From Chthoniobacterales bacterium (GTDB taxonomy: Bacteria > Verrucomicrobiota > Verrucomicrobiia > Chthoniobacterales > Chthoniobacteraceae), in the NCBI GenBank assembly GCA_038207335.1, contig JBBQZX010000011.1, positions 64,001-128,000 of the forward strand: a DNA stretch of 64,000 nucleotides, given 5' to 3'. The notes beneath the pieces were generated by a model that was not told the origin of the DNA, did no database searches, and worked only from the letters and a program-made list of their open reading frames with translations. Below, one piece after another: positions 27,275 to 38,454 of the stretch (positions within the stretch are counted from its first letter, which is position 1; every line of letters starts with the position of its first letter). A program made the position numbers and the translations under genes.

Positions 27275-28503
27275 CCGTTGCTGAAAGCGACATCAAAAGA
27301 GCCACCGACGTGTCCAGTTATTCTCCGAACCCGGTTGGCGAAATCGACGGAACGATTTCCTCCGTCGGGCGACTCGAAACGAACCAACACAAAAACAGCG
27401 ACCAACGGAAGACCGAACGGTTTTATCTGCCCGAATTGGATACTCTCCGGTTCTTTGCATTCCTGGCGGTTTTTCTTGTCCACAGCCTGTCCGATCCCCC
27501 ATCTCGCTACGTCCAACTTGGGATTCCTGAACCGCTGGTGAGCCTAATCATCAGCGTCCTTGGCGCTGGGATGTTTGGGGTGGACCTTTTTTTCCTCCTA
27601 TCAAGCTTCTTGATTACCTCCCTGCTGCTTCGTGAGTACAGCAGCACGGGAAAAATTGATATCAAGGGATTCTGGATTCGCCGTTGCCTGCGAATTTGGC
27701 CGTTGTATTTCTTTTTTGTCGGGCTCGCGGGGTTTTTGCTTCCCCGCATCTTCCATTTTGTGGCGCCGCCGGAGGGCAGCCACATCCTCGGTCTGCTGAC
27801 CTTCACGCAGAACTGGGCGATTGCGTTTTCTGGCGCTGGCCGGGGCAGCCCCACCTTGGTTCTTTGGAGCGTCTCGATGGAGGAGCAGTTCTACTTTGCC
27901 TGGCCCATTCTGATCGCCTTGATGGGGATCAGCAGGCTTCGTCCGATCGCTATCGGGATGATCGTTGTTTCCTTCGTTGCGCGGATCCTCGCGATTCACG
28001 CCGGAGCGAGTGTGTCTATGCTGTGGTGTGCAACTCCATTTCGCATGGAGCCCCTTGCCGCAGGAGCCATCATTGCGTTAGCTCAAAACCAATTTCCCGC
28101 CTTCAGCAACAAGCTCCGCGTGGGGATGTTGTCGTTGGGATTGGCTATACCGGTGGTCTGCCTTTCATCTCTGGATCATTTCCCGTGGGGAAAGGCGGCG
28201 ATATTTCCACTCGTTACTGTCGGGTGTACGCTGATCTTCCTCTCCATCCGTGGAGCGAACTGGCGGTTGCTCACGCTTAGGCCGCTGGTCTATCTCGGTA
28301 AGATCTCTTACGGTCTATATGTATTTCACCAACTTGCGATCCAGTTTTCCCCCCGCTTGGCCATCCCCGGATTGCCCTTCGGTCGGTCGGTTTCGGCGCT
28401 TTTGCTGACTGTTGCACTCGCAACACTGAGCTACCGGTTTCTCGAACTGCCCTTCCTCCGGTTGAAGGACCGCTTCGCGCACATTCGTTCACGCCCTGCG
28501 TGA
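27271..28503 (+). CDS. Acyltransferase 3 family (OafA-like O-acetyltransferase)
   Basis: LDTLRFFA, GVDLFFLLSSFLIT, RRCLRIWPLY, WSVSMEEQFY, LGKISYGLYVFH. Confidence 0.93.
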   Translation: MTVAESDIKRATDVSSYSPNPVGEIDGTISSVGRLETNQHKNSDQRKTERFYLPELDTLRFFAFLAVFLVHSLSDPPSRYVQLGIPEPLVSLIISVLGAGMFGVDLFFLLSSFLITSLLLREYSSTGKIDIKGFWIRRCLRIWPLYFFFVGLAGFLLPRIFHFVAPPEGSHILGLLTFTQNWAIAFSGAGRGSPTLVLWSVSMEEQFYFAWPILIALMGISRLRPIAIGMIVVSFVARILAIHAGASVSMLWCATPFRMEPLAAGAIIALAQNQFPAFSNKLRVGMLSLGLAIPVVCLSSLDHFPWGKAAIFPLVTVGCTLIFLSIRGANWRLLTLRPLVYLGKISYGLYVFHQLAIQFSPRLAIPGLPFGRSVSALLLTVALATLSYRFLELPFLRLKDRFAHIRSRPA

Positions 28504-28678
28504 CACTCAGATTTTGGTCTGCATGCCCTTCCATCAGCATCACTATCGCCACTTCGCGCCGTCCGGTGGTATTGAGAAAACGCTCAGCCCTAGTCCGTAA
28601 CCATCTTTCAAATTCCCTCCGTCCTCCTCGTCCTTCTTTGCAGCTCGTTCGCTTTGTTTCGAAGTTTCCTATGTCTTA

Positions 28679-29884
28679 ATGAGCAGCTCTAGCTATTGGA
28701 TGAAGGCATGTCGCAAAGTCGCCTTTTTTCGGACGAATCACCATTTTCGCATCTTGCTCCGAGATTGCTTCGGTCTGACCGAGTCGATCAAAAGCGATCT
28801 TGAGCATCTGAAGGCCGCGATCGGTTGGATCATGCTCGCGCAGGAGAATTCCGGATCGAAGGGGGTCGCTCTCGCCTACACCCTGGAGCGCGGCTGGCTT
28901 CCGGCTTACCCGGAGACCACGGGGTATATCATCAATACCCTGATCCAGTATCATAAGCTCACAAACGACGCGTCATCACTTCGAGCGGCGACCGAAATGG
29001 GTGACTGGGAAGTTGCCATTCAACGGCCCGATGGCGGCGTGCGAATTCGGGTTCATAATGACGACTCCGCGGATGTCTTCGACACCGGCATGGTTCTCCT
29101 AGGCCTGACGGGGCTTTATCAGGAAACGCGCAACGAGAAATTTTTGGTTGCGTGCCGGCAAGCGGCCAACTGGCTGGTTGCTCATCAGGATGGTGATGGA
29201 AAGTGGAGCCGAGATTCCTACAAGGGAATTCCTCACGCTTATCATTCCAAGGTCTCGTGGGCTCTCCTTGAGATGCACGCTATTACCAGCGATGTCAAAT
29301 ATTCTGAAGCCGTCAGAAATAATCTGGAGTGGATTTTCTCGGTGCGGCGACCCAACGGGTGGTTTGACTACATGGGATTTGAAAAAAACGACAATCCCTT
29401 CACCCACACCATCGCATACACATTGCAGGGTTTTTGGGGTATCTATAAACTACTGGATGGAGGAAATCCGTGGAAACAGAAACTATATGACGAAATTATC
29501 GAATTCAGTGATCGGATAATTAGTCGGTTTGCCCTGAACGACAAGAGCGACCGTATGCGAATTTTACCCGGACAGCTGGACAGCAGTTGGGAGGGAGCCG
29601 CAGACTATGTGTGCTTAACGGGAAACGCGCAATTTAGCATCGTTTGGTTCGAACTCTACCTCCAGACCCGGAAGAGCAGTTATTATGAGGCCGCCAACAA
29701 CCTGTTGAATGTCGTCAAAAGGAGCCATAGGCTAACTGGACCAAATGTCCCCTATCGGAACGGAATCGCCGGTTCCTATCCCATCTGGGGCCGGTATCAT
29801 CCCACGCAATACCCCAACTGGTCGGCAAAGTTCTTTGCCGACGCACTGTTGCGGAAAATCCAAGCCGACACAGCCGAAGCTTAA
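28679..29884 (+). CDS. Hypothetical alpha/alpha-toroid-like protein
   Basis: YPETTGYII and repeated WLxxxQxxDGxW-type motifs; 401 aa; lower GC than its surroundings. Confidence 0.75.
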   Translation: MSSSSYWMKACRKVAFFRTNHHFRILLRDCFGLTESIKSDLEHLKAAIGWIMLAQENSGSKGVALAYTLERGWLPAYPETTGYIINTLIQYHKLTNDASSLRAATEMGDWEVAIQRPDGGVRIRVHNDDSADVFDTGMVLLGLTGLYQETRNEKFLVACRQAANWLVAHQDGDGKWSRDSYKGIPHAYHSKVSWALLEMHAITSDVKYSEAVRNNLEWIFSVRRPNGWFDYMGFEKNDNPFTHTIAYTLQGFWGIYKLLDGGNPWKQKLYDEIIEFSDRIISRFALNDKSDRMRILPGQLDSSWEGAADYVCLTGNAQFSIVWFELYLQTRKSSYYEAANNLLNVVKRSHRLTGPNVPYRNGIAGSYPIWGRYHPTQYPNWSAKFFADALLRKIQADTAEA

Positions 29885-30107
29885 CGCCGTTCTTTCCCAG
29901 TCCGAGGAAAGGGACTGAATGTTTTTCCAATGGGCAGAGCGCTCTGGCGCGAAGTTTCGTTTTCGAGCGAATCGAGCCAATCCACCCATAGTTGATTATG
30001 AATCGAACATCCGGTCTATCCTGACGGTTGCGCTGCCTCTTTTCATTTGCGTGTCGGCTGAAGTGGTCGCCTCCGAAACCTGCGATTAATTTTTCGCTCA
30101 CCCTTCT

Positions 30108-31076
30108 GTGCCTAGCATCAGTATCATCATTGCGACGTGCTCGCGGTCGGCGGATCTCGAACAAACGCTTCGTTCGCTCGCCGCTGTCCAAATCCCGGAC
30201 GGCTGGCACGTCGAACTGGTGCTGGTGGAAAGTGGATGTCAATCTGGGGCTGAATCGGTGTTGCAATCTTTTCGGCCCGCGCGTTTCCAGAAAAGCACAT
30301 ACTTTTTTGAACATTTGCGAGGTAAGTCGAGGGCTCTAAACCGCGCCTTGGCGCACGCAGGGGGCGAAATCCTTCTCTTTTCAGATGACGATGTTCGGTT
30401 CCCAAGCAACTGGATCGAGGCAATGTGCTCCCCGATTGCCGGTGGGGTCGCTGACGCCCTTGCCGGCGGGGTCAGGCTGGCCCCTCACCTCCTTCGACCT
30501 TGGATGAATCACACCCACAGGGCTTGGCTTGCCTCAACGGCTGATTATCTTGCACCCGACCATCCGTCGGAAATGTGCGGTGCGAACATGGCAGTGCATC
30601 GGCATGTCTTTGATCGAATCGGCGAATTTGACGAGGAGCTTGGACCGGGAATCACGGGTGGCGGTGAAGAATCACTGCTATCCTGGCAAATTATGGAAGC
30701 TGGGTTTACGATCACAGGCGCACTCGACGTCCAGGTCGAGCACCACCTCGCCCCGGAGCGCCTTCAATACAAGAGTTGGATCAATGCCGCCCGCCTGAAA
30801 GGTGAGGAGGACGCCTACCACCTCCACCATTGGATTCACGGAGGCATGCGATTTCCCCGACTGATGCGTTATTACTACCAGACAAAGCTGTCTCTGCGAA
30901 GGGCGTTCGCGGGAAGGCGAAAACTGGATACTGAAGGAATCGCTCCTTGGGAATTGAGTTATCTTCGGGACTCGGCGAAGTTGGCTCGCTTCGAAGTGGA
31001 GCGTTGCCGGGAGCGAAATTACGATTTACGCGGACTCCGGAAGCACAACCCAGACCGCCAAACCGTCGCCGTATGA
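30108..31076 (+). CDS. GT2 glycosyltransferase
   Basis: ISIIIAT, GKSRALN, FSDDD, GANMA, FDEELG. Confidence 0.92.
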   Translation: MPSISIIIATCSRSADLEQTLRSLAAVQIPDGWHVELVLVESGCQSGAESVLQSFRPARFQKSTYFFEHLRGKSRALNRALAHAGGEILLFSDDDVRFPSNWIEAMCSPIAGGVADALAGGVRLAPHLLRPWMNHTHRAWLASTADYLAPDHPSEMCGANMAVHRHVFDRIGEFDEELGPGITGGGEESLLSWQIMEAGFTITGALDVQVEHHLAPERLQYKSWINAARLKGEEDAYHLHHWIHGGMRFPRLMRYYYQTKLSLRRAFAGRRKLDTEGIAPWELSYLRDSAKLARFEVERCRERNYDLRGLRKHNPDRQTVAV

Positions 31077-32272
31077 GCAAAGCACGACTCATCGCCTTCT
31101 ATCTCCCACAGTTTCATCCGATCCCGGAGAACGACGAATGGTGGGGGAAGGGGTTCACTGAGTGGACGAATGTCACCCGGGCGAAGCCGCTCTTTCCCGG
31201 ACACTACCAGCCGCGCCTGCCCGCGGATCTCGGCTTCTATGATCTCCGTATCCCGGAAGTGCGGGCTGCCCAGGCGGAACTCGCTCGCCAAGCCGGCGTC
31301 GAGGGATTTTGCTACTGGCATTACTGGTTCGCCGGCCGGCGCGTACTGGAACGCCCGCTCGCCGAAGTCGTCTCCTCCGGTGAACCGGACTATCCGTTTT
31401 GCCTCGCTTGGGCAAACGACACTTGGAGTGGTCATTGGTATGGTGCCGGGAGAAGGACCTTGATCGAGCAGACCTATCCCGGGAAAGCGGATCACGAGCG
31501 CCACTTCCACTCGCTTCTGGAGGCCTTCCACGATCCCCGCTACATCCGCGTGCACAACCGGCCAATTTTCACGATTTTTCGGCCAAAGAGTCTGCCCAAC
31601 AGTGAGGCATTCATTGAACTTTGGCAGGATCTTGCGGCCCGGAACGGCCTGGATGGAATTCACTTTGTCGCCCACCTCTTCGATGACGAACTCGATTACC
31701 AGTGGCGAGCGGCAGGGTATGGCGGCGCGGTCATGACGAACGAACTGAAGCTCGTTCGGCGTCGTTTGTGGCACATTGCTAAAGAAAAGTTTCGTATCTC
31801 GAAAAGTGAGCCGCATCCGGCCCAGAAAGCTAGCAGAACGCTGGAGGCAGCAACTGGCACAGGGCGACTTGTCTTGCACCGGATTCTTCAGCGACTCCTC
31901 CGATGGCCGGGCGGGGTGCACTACTACCAGGACGCCATGTTATTCTTCAAGTCTGCAAAGGCGCTGGAACTTGGATGTTATCCGTCAGTAGTTCCCGGCT
32001 GGGACAATACAGCCCGGGCAGGCCGGAAAGGCATTGTGCTCCACGGATCAACGCCCGAGCTATTTGCCGAGCATCTTCACGACATCCTCGAATCCGTCGC
32101 GGACCGCCCTGCCGAAGACCGTATTGTATTCGTGAAGTCATGGAACGAATGGGCGGAAGGGAACTATCTCGAGCCAGATCAGAAGTTTGGACACGCCTAC
32201 CTTGATGTCGTAAGGTCGGCGTTGGATGCCACCCCTCGCTCGGAACCCGTATTGGCGAAGGCGCTTTCTTGA
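31073..32272 (+). CDS. WbsX / GH99-like domain protein
   Basis: IAFYLPQFHPIPENDEWWGKGFTEWTNV, GFCYWHYWF, WNEWAEGNYLEPD. Confidence 0.92.
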   Translation: MSKARLIAFYLPQFHPIPENDEWWGKGFTEWTNVTRAKPLFPGHYQPRLPADLGFYDLRIPEVRAAQAELARQAGVEGFCYWHYWFAGRRVLERPLAEVVSSGEPDYPFCLAWANDTWSGHWYGAGRRTLIEQTYPGKADHERHFHSLLEAFHDPRYIRVHNRPIFTIFRPKSLPNSEAFIELWQDLAARNGLDGIHFVAHLFDDELDYQWRAAGYGGAVMTNELKLVRRRLWHIAKEKFRISKSEPHPAQKASRTLEAATGTGRLVLHRILQRLLRWPGGVHYYQDAMLFFKSAKALELGCYPSVVPGWDNTARAGRKGIVLHGSTPELFAEHLHDILESVADRPAEDRIVFVKSWNEWAEGNYLEPDQKFGHAYLDVVRSALDATPRSEPVLAKALS

Positions 32273-32278
32273 ACCTTC

Positions 32279-33463
32279 GTGTCCGGCCACGCACCTAAGA
32301 TTCTCTTTGTGTCCCACGATGCCGGTCGCACCGGGGCACCCATCGGACTGCTCGCCTTCATGCGCTGGCTCCGCGCCAATACCGACTACGGAATCGGTAC
32401 GCTCCTGAGATCGCCGGGACCGCTCGAAACAGGGTTTAGCGAACTCGGTCCGACATTGACCCTCGGAACGTCGGTTCTTGCGCGCTCGCGCTTTGGGCGG
32501 CGGGTGAGACGGTTCTTACCTCGCGATCTACGCGAGGAAACGGGGAGGATTCGACGGATGTTCGCCCAAGGCTCCTACGATCTCATCTTCTCGAATACGA
32601 TGACCAACGGCACGGTGCTCGAAACCCTGGCCTCCTTTGGGGTGCCTGTGATCACCCACGTGCATGAACTCGCTTACTGGATCTGGCGGGGGGGCACAGA
32701 GAATCTCCAACGGGTTCTGGACCGCACCACAGCCTTCGTCGCGGTCTCCGAAGCCGTCCGGGAAAACCTCGTCCGCGCCCACCACGTCCGGGAAGAAAAG
32801 ATCACGGTGATTTACGAACACATTCGGGACCTGCCACCGATTCCCACGGCGACCCAGAAAGCGTCGGCCCGCAGGGCGTTCGGAATCCCCGACGGCGCCT
32901 TTGTCGTCGGAAGTTGCGGTGCCGAGCATTGGCGGAAGGGACGGGACCTGATTCCTCAACTGCTGCTTGCCCTGCGCCGCCACCGGCCCAAGAGCAATGT
33001 CCATTTTGTGTGGGTCGGTCGTTCAGGGACCGCCGAGGAGGAATACACTTTGCAGCACGATCTACGGACTGCCGGCGTTGAGGCTCTCTTCCACACGAGC
33101 GGGGAAGTGGAGAATCCGTTTTTACTCTTTCCCGCCTTCGACGTTTTCGCCCTGCTGTCGCGCGACGACCCCTATCCACTTGCGTGCCTCGAGGTCGCGG
33201 CCACGGAAACTCCCGTTGTCTGTTTTGCGAATGCCGGTGGCATGCCGGAGTTCGCCGGTGATGGTTGTGGGTTTATCGCCCCCTATCTCGACCTTGACGC
33301 GATGGCCCGGGATATCGCCCGCCTGGTCGCGGACCCAGAGCTGGCGGAAGCGTGCGGGCAGCGCGCGCGCGCCAAAGTGGCCGGGGAGAATACCTTGGAG
33401 ACAACCGCTCCTCGGCTACGCGCGGTCATCGAACGATTTGCTGGTGTCAACCATTCAGCCTGA
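32279..33463 (+). CDS. GT4 glycosyltransferase
   Basis: ILFVSHDAGRTGAP, HVHE, SRDDPYPLACLE, GGMPEF. Confidence 0.9.
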   Translation: MSGHAPKILFVSHDAGRTGAPIGLLAFMRWLRANTDYGIGTLLRSPGPLETGFSELGPTLTLGTSVLARSRFGRRVRRFLPRDLREETGRIRRMFAQGSYDLIFSNTMTNGTVLETLASFGVPVITHVHELAYWIWRGGTENLQRVLDRTTAFVAVSEAVRENLVRAHHVREEKITVIYEHIRDLPPIPTATQKASARRAFGIPDGAFVVGSCGAEHWRKGRDLIPQLLLALRRHRPKSNVHFVWVGRSGTAEEEYTLQHDLRTAGVEALFHTSGEVENPFLLFPAFDVFALLSRDDPYPLACLEVAATETPVVCFANAGGMPEFAGDGCGFIAPYLDLDAMARDIARLVADPELAEACGQRARAKVAGENTLETTAPRLRAVIERFAGVNHSA

Positions 33464-33690
33464 TATTGGATTGAGAGCTTATCCGTCGGCTATGAACGAA
33501 GTAATTCCTCTTCCATCGCAGGCTAACGTGACGACGAGTCGTCACAGCATGCTTAGGAGTGGCGTGCCACGTCAGAAGGATCCCTGGCCGCCGGTCGAGC
33601 GAAAATTCAATGGTCCGCTTCCCGGTGCGGACGAAGCGTTTCGAAGGATTTATTGATCGCTCGAGATCTGACCATCGATCGTTCATCCCC

Positions 33691-34839
33691 ATGATAGTTG
33701 CAGTGATTTTTGGCACCCGACCGGAAGCGATCAAGCTCGCTCCCGTGGTGCTTGCTTTGCGAGAGGCGTCTGGGTTTGAGTGTCGAGTATGTGTCACCGG
33801 TCAGCATCGCCAAATGCTGGATCAGGTGCTCGCCGCCTTTGCGATCACCCCGGACGTGGACCTCAACTTGATGGAGCCGAACCAGACGCTGGCCCGGCTA
33901 ACGGCGCGCTCAATCGAGGCCATTGACCTTTATCTCACGGCCGATCACCCCGACATGGTGCTAGTGCAAGGGGACACCACCACGGTGCTTTGCGCCGCGC
34001 TGGCGGCATTCTACCAACGGATTCCCGTTGGCCATGTGGAAGCCGGGCTCCGCACCGGCAATCTCAAAGCTCCGTGGCCTGAGGAAGCGAACCGGGTTTT
34101 GACCACGCGTCTAACTAACGTGCACTTTGCTCCGACCGCGAGGGCGCGTCAGAATCTTCTGCGTGAAGGCGTGGTTCCTGAAAGTATTTTTGTCACAGGA
34201 AACACGGTGATCGATGCGCTGCTGATGGCCGTCGAAAAGGTTCGCGCCAACCCGCCCGCCATTCCGGAGCTTCCCGCTTTCCTGCAACCCGGCACCTCGG
34301 CTGAAAGTGGACCGCGCATGGTGCTGATCACGGGGCATCGGCGCGAGAATTTTGGCGACGGTTTCGAATCAATTTGCGCCGCCGTCGCCGATCTCGCGAC
34401 GCGCTTTTCCGACGTGCAGTTTGTATATCCCGTTCACCTCAATCCCAACGTCCGCGAACCCGTCCAGCGGATCTTGGGCACCGCCCGGGCGCGAAACGTC
34501 CATCTCATCCCGCCCCAATCCTACCTGCCTTTTGTGGGACTGCTGGCGCGCTCCTCCATCATTCTCACCGATTCCGGGGGCGTGCAGGAAGAGGCGCCGA
34601 GCCTGGGCAAGCCGGTGCTGGTCATGCGCGACACCACGGAACGGCCCGAGGCGGTTGAGGCGGGCACGGTCAAGCTCGTGGGGACCGACCGGCAGAAAAT
34701 CGTGACCGAGGTGGCGCGCTTGCTCACGGATGCCGACGCCTATGCCGCCATGTCGCGGGCACACAATCCTTACGGCGATGGCCACGCGGCCCGCCGCATT
34801 GTCGATGCTTGCGTGGCGTTCCCGACCGCCGGCCGCTAG
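33691..34839 (+). CDS. wecB: UDP-N-acetylglucosamine 2-epimerase (non-hydrolysing)
   Basis: [59 protein letters not shown]. Confidence 0.95.
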   Translation: MIVAVIFGTRPEAIKLAPVVLALREASGFECRVCVTGQHRQMLDQVLAAFAITPDVDLNLMEPNQTLARLTARSIEAIDLYLTADHPDMVLVQGDTTTVLCAALAAFYQRIPVGHVEAGLRTGNLKAPWPEEANRVLTTRLTNVHFAPTARARQNLLREGVVPESIFVTGNTVIDALLMAVEKVRANPPAIPELPAFLQPGTSAESGPRMVLITGHRRENFGDGFESICAAVADLATRFSDVQFVYPVHLNPNVREPVQRILGTARARNVHLIPPQSYLPFVGLLARSSIILTDSGGVQEEAPSLGKPVLVMRDTTERPEAVEAGTVKLVGTDRQKIVTEVARLLTDADAYAAMSRAHNPYGDGHAARRIVDACVAFPTAGR

Positions 34840-34941
34840 ACCGCCATTTTCTCGCCTGCCGGAACTTCCGGCTCCCGACCCAGCGAAAAAAACACACCCA
34901 TTTCCGAATTCAAACAAGTCCTGAAGCAGATTCCCGGAGCC

Positions 34942-35670
34942 GTGCCGGCGGGCCGCGCCTTGAAACGCGTCTATCGGCGGGGCAAGCGGCTAGTCCTTGG
35001 TCCCACGCAAATCGAGAAATACGATCAGGAGACCGTTGCCGTGCTCGAACGGGTGCTGCGGGTGGATTCGTCCGCGATCGACGTGGGTGCCTGCACCGGC
35101 TCAGTCCTAGTCGACATCGTTCGCATCGCTCCGCGGGGAAAGCATTGGGCCTTTGAACCCGTGCCGGGAAACTTCGCCGGCCTCAAGGCGCGCTTCCCCA
35201 TTGTTACCGTACTCCCCTATGCCCTGGCCGAGATCTCGGGCCACACCGAATTCCACGTGACGAAGGCCAACCCGGCCTATTCCAGCCTCGAAGACCGGGA
35301 CCCCAAGCTCCTGGACCAGATCGGGCTCTCCAATGCCGTGCAGGAAGTCGTCGACGTCGAGATCCGCCGGCTGGACGATGTCATTCCCGAGTCCGCCCAG
35401 TTCGCGTTGATCAAGATCGACGTCGCCGGCGCGGAGCTGCGCACGCTCGGTGGCGCGCTCGCGACGATCCGTCGCTGCCAGCCCATCGTCATCCTGGAAG
35501 CGGGCTTTTACTCTGAAGCGCGGTCGCGCGAGCTCTTTGACCTTCTCCGCTTGGGTGACCTCAAGCTGTCCACGATGGCGCGTTGGCTGAATCACCTGCC
35601 TCCGCCCGCCACATTCGAGGAGTATCTGCCGCTCGCCCGGACCAATTTCTACTTCCTCGCCCAGCCTTGA
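34942..35670 (+). CDS. FkbM family methyltransferase
   Basis: IDVGACTG, AFEPVP, RRLDD, IKIDVAGAE. Confidence 0.85.
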   Translation: MPAGRALKRVYRRGKRLVLGPTQIEKYDQETVAVLERVLRVDSSAIDVGACTGSVLVDIVRIAPRGKHWAFEPVPGNFAGLKARFPIVTVLPYALAEISGHTEFHVTKANPAYSSLEDRDPKLLDQIGLSNAVQEVVDVEIRRLDDVIPESAQFALIKIDVAGAELRTLGGALATIRRCQPIVILEAGFYSEARSRELFDLLRLGDLKLSTMARWLNHLPPPATFEEYLPLARTNFYFLAQP

Positions 35671-35728
35671 CGGAGGCGTCCGAACCAAAGCGTGCCACTT
35701 TCCCTGATCCAGTTTTCATTCCAAGAGC

Positions 35729-36991
35729 ATGCCTGCCGCTCCGCGAGTCCTTTGCCTGAGTCCATTTTTCGCCCCCCTGGCAAACGCCGAGGCGTTTTGC
35801 GGCAGCAAGGTGGCCTTGCACCTGCTCGAGGCTGGCGTTGACCTGACGGTGCTCGACGTGGACTACACGGGGCATCCGAAGTTTTCTGTCGATCCCTCGA
35901 CGTTGTGGAAACCGCTTGAGCGGATCACGACCTCCATCCCGCCGCACGGCGGCCGGCCAAAGTTTTTTTCCATCCCCCTCGGAATCCGCTACGGCACGCC
36001 CGAATGGTCTCGTTGGATCCGGGCGGCGGTGGCGACCGCCCGCCGGTTGCACCGGGAGCGGCCATTCGACCTGATCTATTCGCGCAGCCTGCCCAATGTC
36101 GCCCACATAGCGGCCTATTGGGTGGCCCGCGCAATCGGCCGACCATGGGTGGCCAACTTTAATGATCCGTGGGATCTGGAAGGCGCCCATTTGCTCCCGC
36201 AGGACCGGGAGAACCGAAAGCGGACCTTGGCCCTGAGGATTTCCGAATCCTGGATGCGTCGGGTCATGCGGACGGCGAATATCCTGACCTTTCCATGTGC
36301 GCGCCTGCGTGATTATCACTTGCGGCTCGCCCGGCCACGGGGCGAATGTGTCGTGGTACCGCACATTGGGTTCCACACCCGCGGAGAGAAGTCTTCCGGG
36401 CAATTCCATTTGGTGCATGCCGGAAACCTGGAGGCGGGAGAAAGCAGCCGCCGCAACACTACCACCGGACTGCTCAAGGCATTTCGTTCCTTTCTCGACC
36501 GGTGTCCGGAGGCCCATAAATCCAGCCGGCTGCTGCTGGTGGGTCCGGAGGATCGCGCCACCCTCGCCCTCGCCCAAGAGTTGGGCTTGAGCCCGCACGT
36601 TTCGTGTACGGGGCGGCTAAGCTACTTTGAAAGCCTGCAACGAATCGCTTCGGCCACCGTCTGCCTGCTGGTCGAGGGTAACATGTCCGAAGGAATCTAC
36701 CTGCCATCAAAATTCGCGGATTACATTCAATCGCGCAAACCGGTGATTGCCCTCAGTCCCTCCGTTGGAACCATCGAGGACCTGTCGCCCCGAACGGGTG
36801 TCACCCGGGTAAACGTCGATGATCCCCAAGGGATCGAGTCTGCGATTGCCCGACACTATGATGCCTTCGCCGCCGGGCAGTTGGCTTCGCTCGAACCCGG
36901 CGAAGACCTGGTTCGGCAGTATGATGGTGTTCGGATCGGAAACCTTCTTCGATCGCTCTGTGCCGACCTCGCTGGCCGATCACAGCGTTGA
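35729..36991 (+). CDS. GT4-like glycosyltransferase
   Basis: WVANFNDPW, LVHAGNL, PSKFADY. Confidence 0.82.
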   Translation: MPAAPRVLCLSPFFAPLANAEAFCGSKVALHLLEAGVDLTVLDVDYTGHPKFSVDPSTLWKPLERITTSIPPHGGRPKFFSIPLGIRYGTPEWSRWIRAAVATARRLHRERPFDLIYSRSLPNVAHIAAYWVARAIGRPWVANFNDPWDLEGAHLLPQDRENRKRTLALRISESWMRRVMRTANILTFPCARLRDYHLRLARPRGECVVVPHIGFHTRGEKSSGQFHLVHAGNLEAGESSRRNTTTGLLKAFRSFLDRCPEAHKSSRLLLVGPEDRATLALAQELGLSPHVSCTGRLSYFESLQRIASATVCLLVEGNMSEGIYLPSKFADYIQSRKPVIALSPSVGTIEDLSPRTGVTRVNVDDPQGIESAIARHYDAFAAGQLASLEPGEDLVRQYDGVRIGNLLRSLCADLAGRSQR

Positions 36992-37068
36992 CGGCAGGGG
37001 CCTTGTTTCCCTTGAAGAAATCGCGATCCAAAACCAATGTTCATACCGAACCCGGAGATCCCTGTTGA

Positions 37069-38454
37069 TTGCCGATGCCCAATCCATCGACCCATCCTGG
37101 CGTGTTAAACGGGAAAACAATCATGCGCTTTGCCCACGCCTTTGAATCGGGCGGCGGCACCGAGCGCTACCTTGACGATCTGGACCGCACCCTGCTGGAT
37201 CGTAACGCGATGACCGTCATCCGCCTTCATCTGACCTGCGATCCGTCTCCCCGCGGGCCGACCGAAGAGTCGATCGGCTTGGGCCGTCTCGTTCACATCC
37301 CACTGCCGATCATTTCGTCAAGAAATCCGGGTTCGATACCGGAGAAGCGTTCACTTCCAAGCCGTTTGAAGAGGAGGTTGCGGGACGGGTTGCTATACAA
37401 TCCCCTCGTGTGGGGACTGGTCGGAGCAAGGTGGGCCGTCTCGCGCCGCCTGCCGCGCGAACCCGGCCAGGCCGTGGGCGCCGGAATAGCAGCCGGGGGG
37501 CTGTTGCGCACGCGCAAAGTTGACCTGGTAATGCTTCACTTTTTCGGCGGGGCCGATGCCGACGAAGTGGTGACCGAGGCCCGCAGGTTCCGCGTGCCGT
37601 TCGCGGTGCTCAATCACTATTCGAACGACCGGTTCTTGAATCTTGCCATTCGAAAACATGCCATGCTCGCCGACGGGGTGGCCGGGGTTAACGGGCTGGA
37701 TGTGCCAGGCTACGTCCGCCGCCGGTTCATCAACCTTTCGGACGGGATCGACACCGGGTTCTTCCACCGGTCGCGCGCGCAACCGCTGGAAAACCCTCCG
37801 CCGCATCCGATAATCCTATTGCCGGCCCGTGTGGTCCGCGAAAAGGGGCAGTTGGACTTGCTCAGGGTCGCGTCGTTGCTACGCCAATCAGGGATCGAGT
37901 GTTGCCTGGCGTTTGCCGGGAGGGTCGATGCATCGGGATTCGTCGAAGAATTGCGACGGGAAATCGCTCGGGCCGGATTGACCGAGTGCGTGCGGTTTTT
38001 GGGAGATCTTGGCGTCGAGGAATTGCGCGACTGGTACGCGGCGAGTGCCGTCGTCGCCTTTCCAACGTATCATCACGAAGGACTGGGCCGTGTCGTTATA
38101 GAAGCCCAGGCCATGGAAACACCTGTCGTCGCCTACGCAACCGGGGGGGTGCCCGAAGGAATCGCGCCGGGGAAGACCGGCCACCTTCTGCCAACTGGCG
38201 ATATCAGCGGCTTCGCGGAGTGCCTGCGCGAATTGCTCATATCCCCATCCCTCCAAGCATCCATCGGGACCCGCGGACGGAAGGCGGCGGAAGAGCGCTT
38301 CAGTTTGCCCGCTTTGGCGGATCGGCACGAACGGTTCTATTCCCAAGTCATTGGCAAATCCAAAGCCGTGGGTGAGAGGAATTCAGCCAGCCAAAAGGAT
38401 CACGTCAACCCTCTCAACTTAACTTCACCGTGCCTCCGAATCTCGCGCTCCTGA
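37069..38454 (+). CDS. GT4 glycosyltransferase (start uncertain)
   Basis: ARVVREKGQ, EGLGRVVIEAQAM, TGGVPE. Confidence 0.88.
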   Translation: MPMPNPSTHPGVLNGKTIMRFAHAFESGGGTERYLDDLDRTLLDRNAMTVIRLHLTCDPSPRGPTEESIGLGRLVHIPLPIISSRNPGSIPEKRSLPSRLKRRLRDGLLYNPLVWGLVGARWAVSRRLPREPGQAVGAGIAAGGLLRTRKVDLVMLHFFGGADADEVVTEARRFRVPFAVLNHYSNDRFLNLAIRKHAMLADGVAGVNGLDVPGYVRRRFINLSDGIDTGFFHRSRAQPLENPPPHPIILLPARVVREKGQLDLLRVASLLRQSGIECCLAFAGRVDASGFVEELRREIARAGLTECVRFLGDLGVEELRDWYAASAVVAFPTYHHEGLGRVVIEAQAMETPVVAYATGGVPEGIAPGKTGHLLPTGDISGFAECLRELLISPSLQASIGTRGRKAAEERFSLPALADRHERFYSQVIGKSKAVGERNSASQKDHVNPLNLTSPCLRISRS

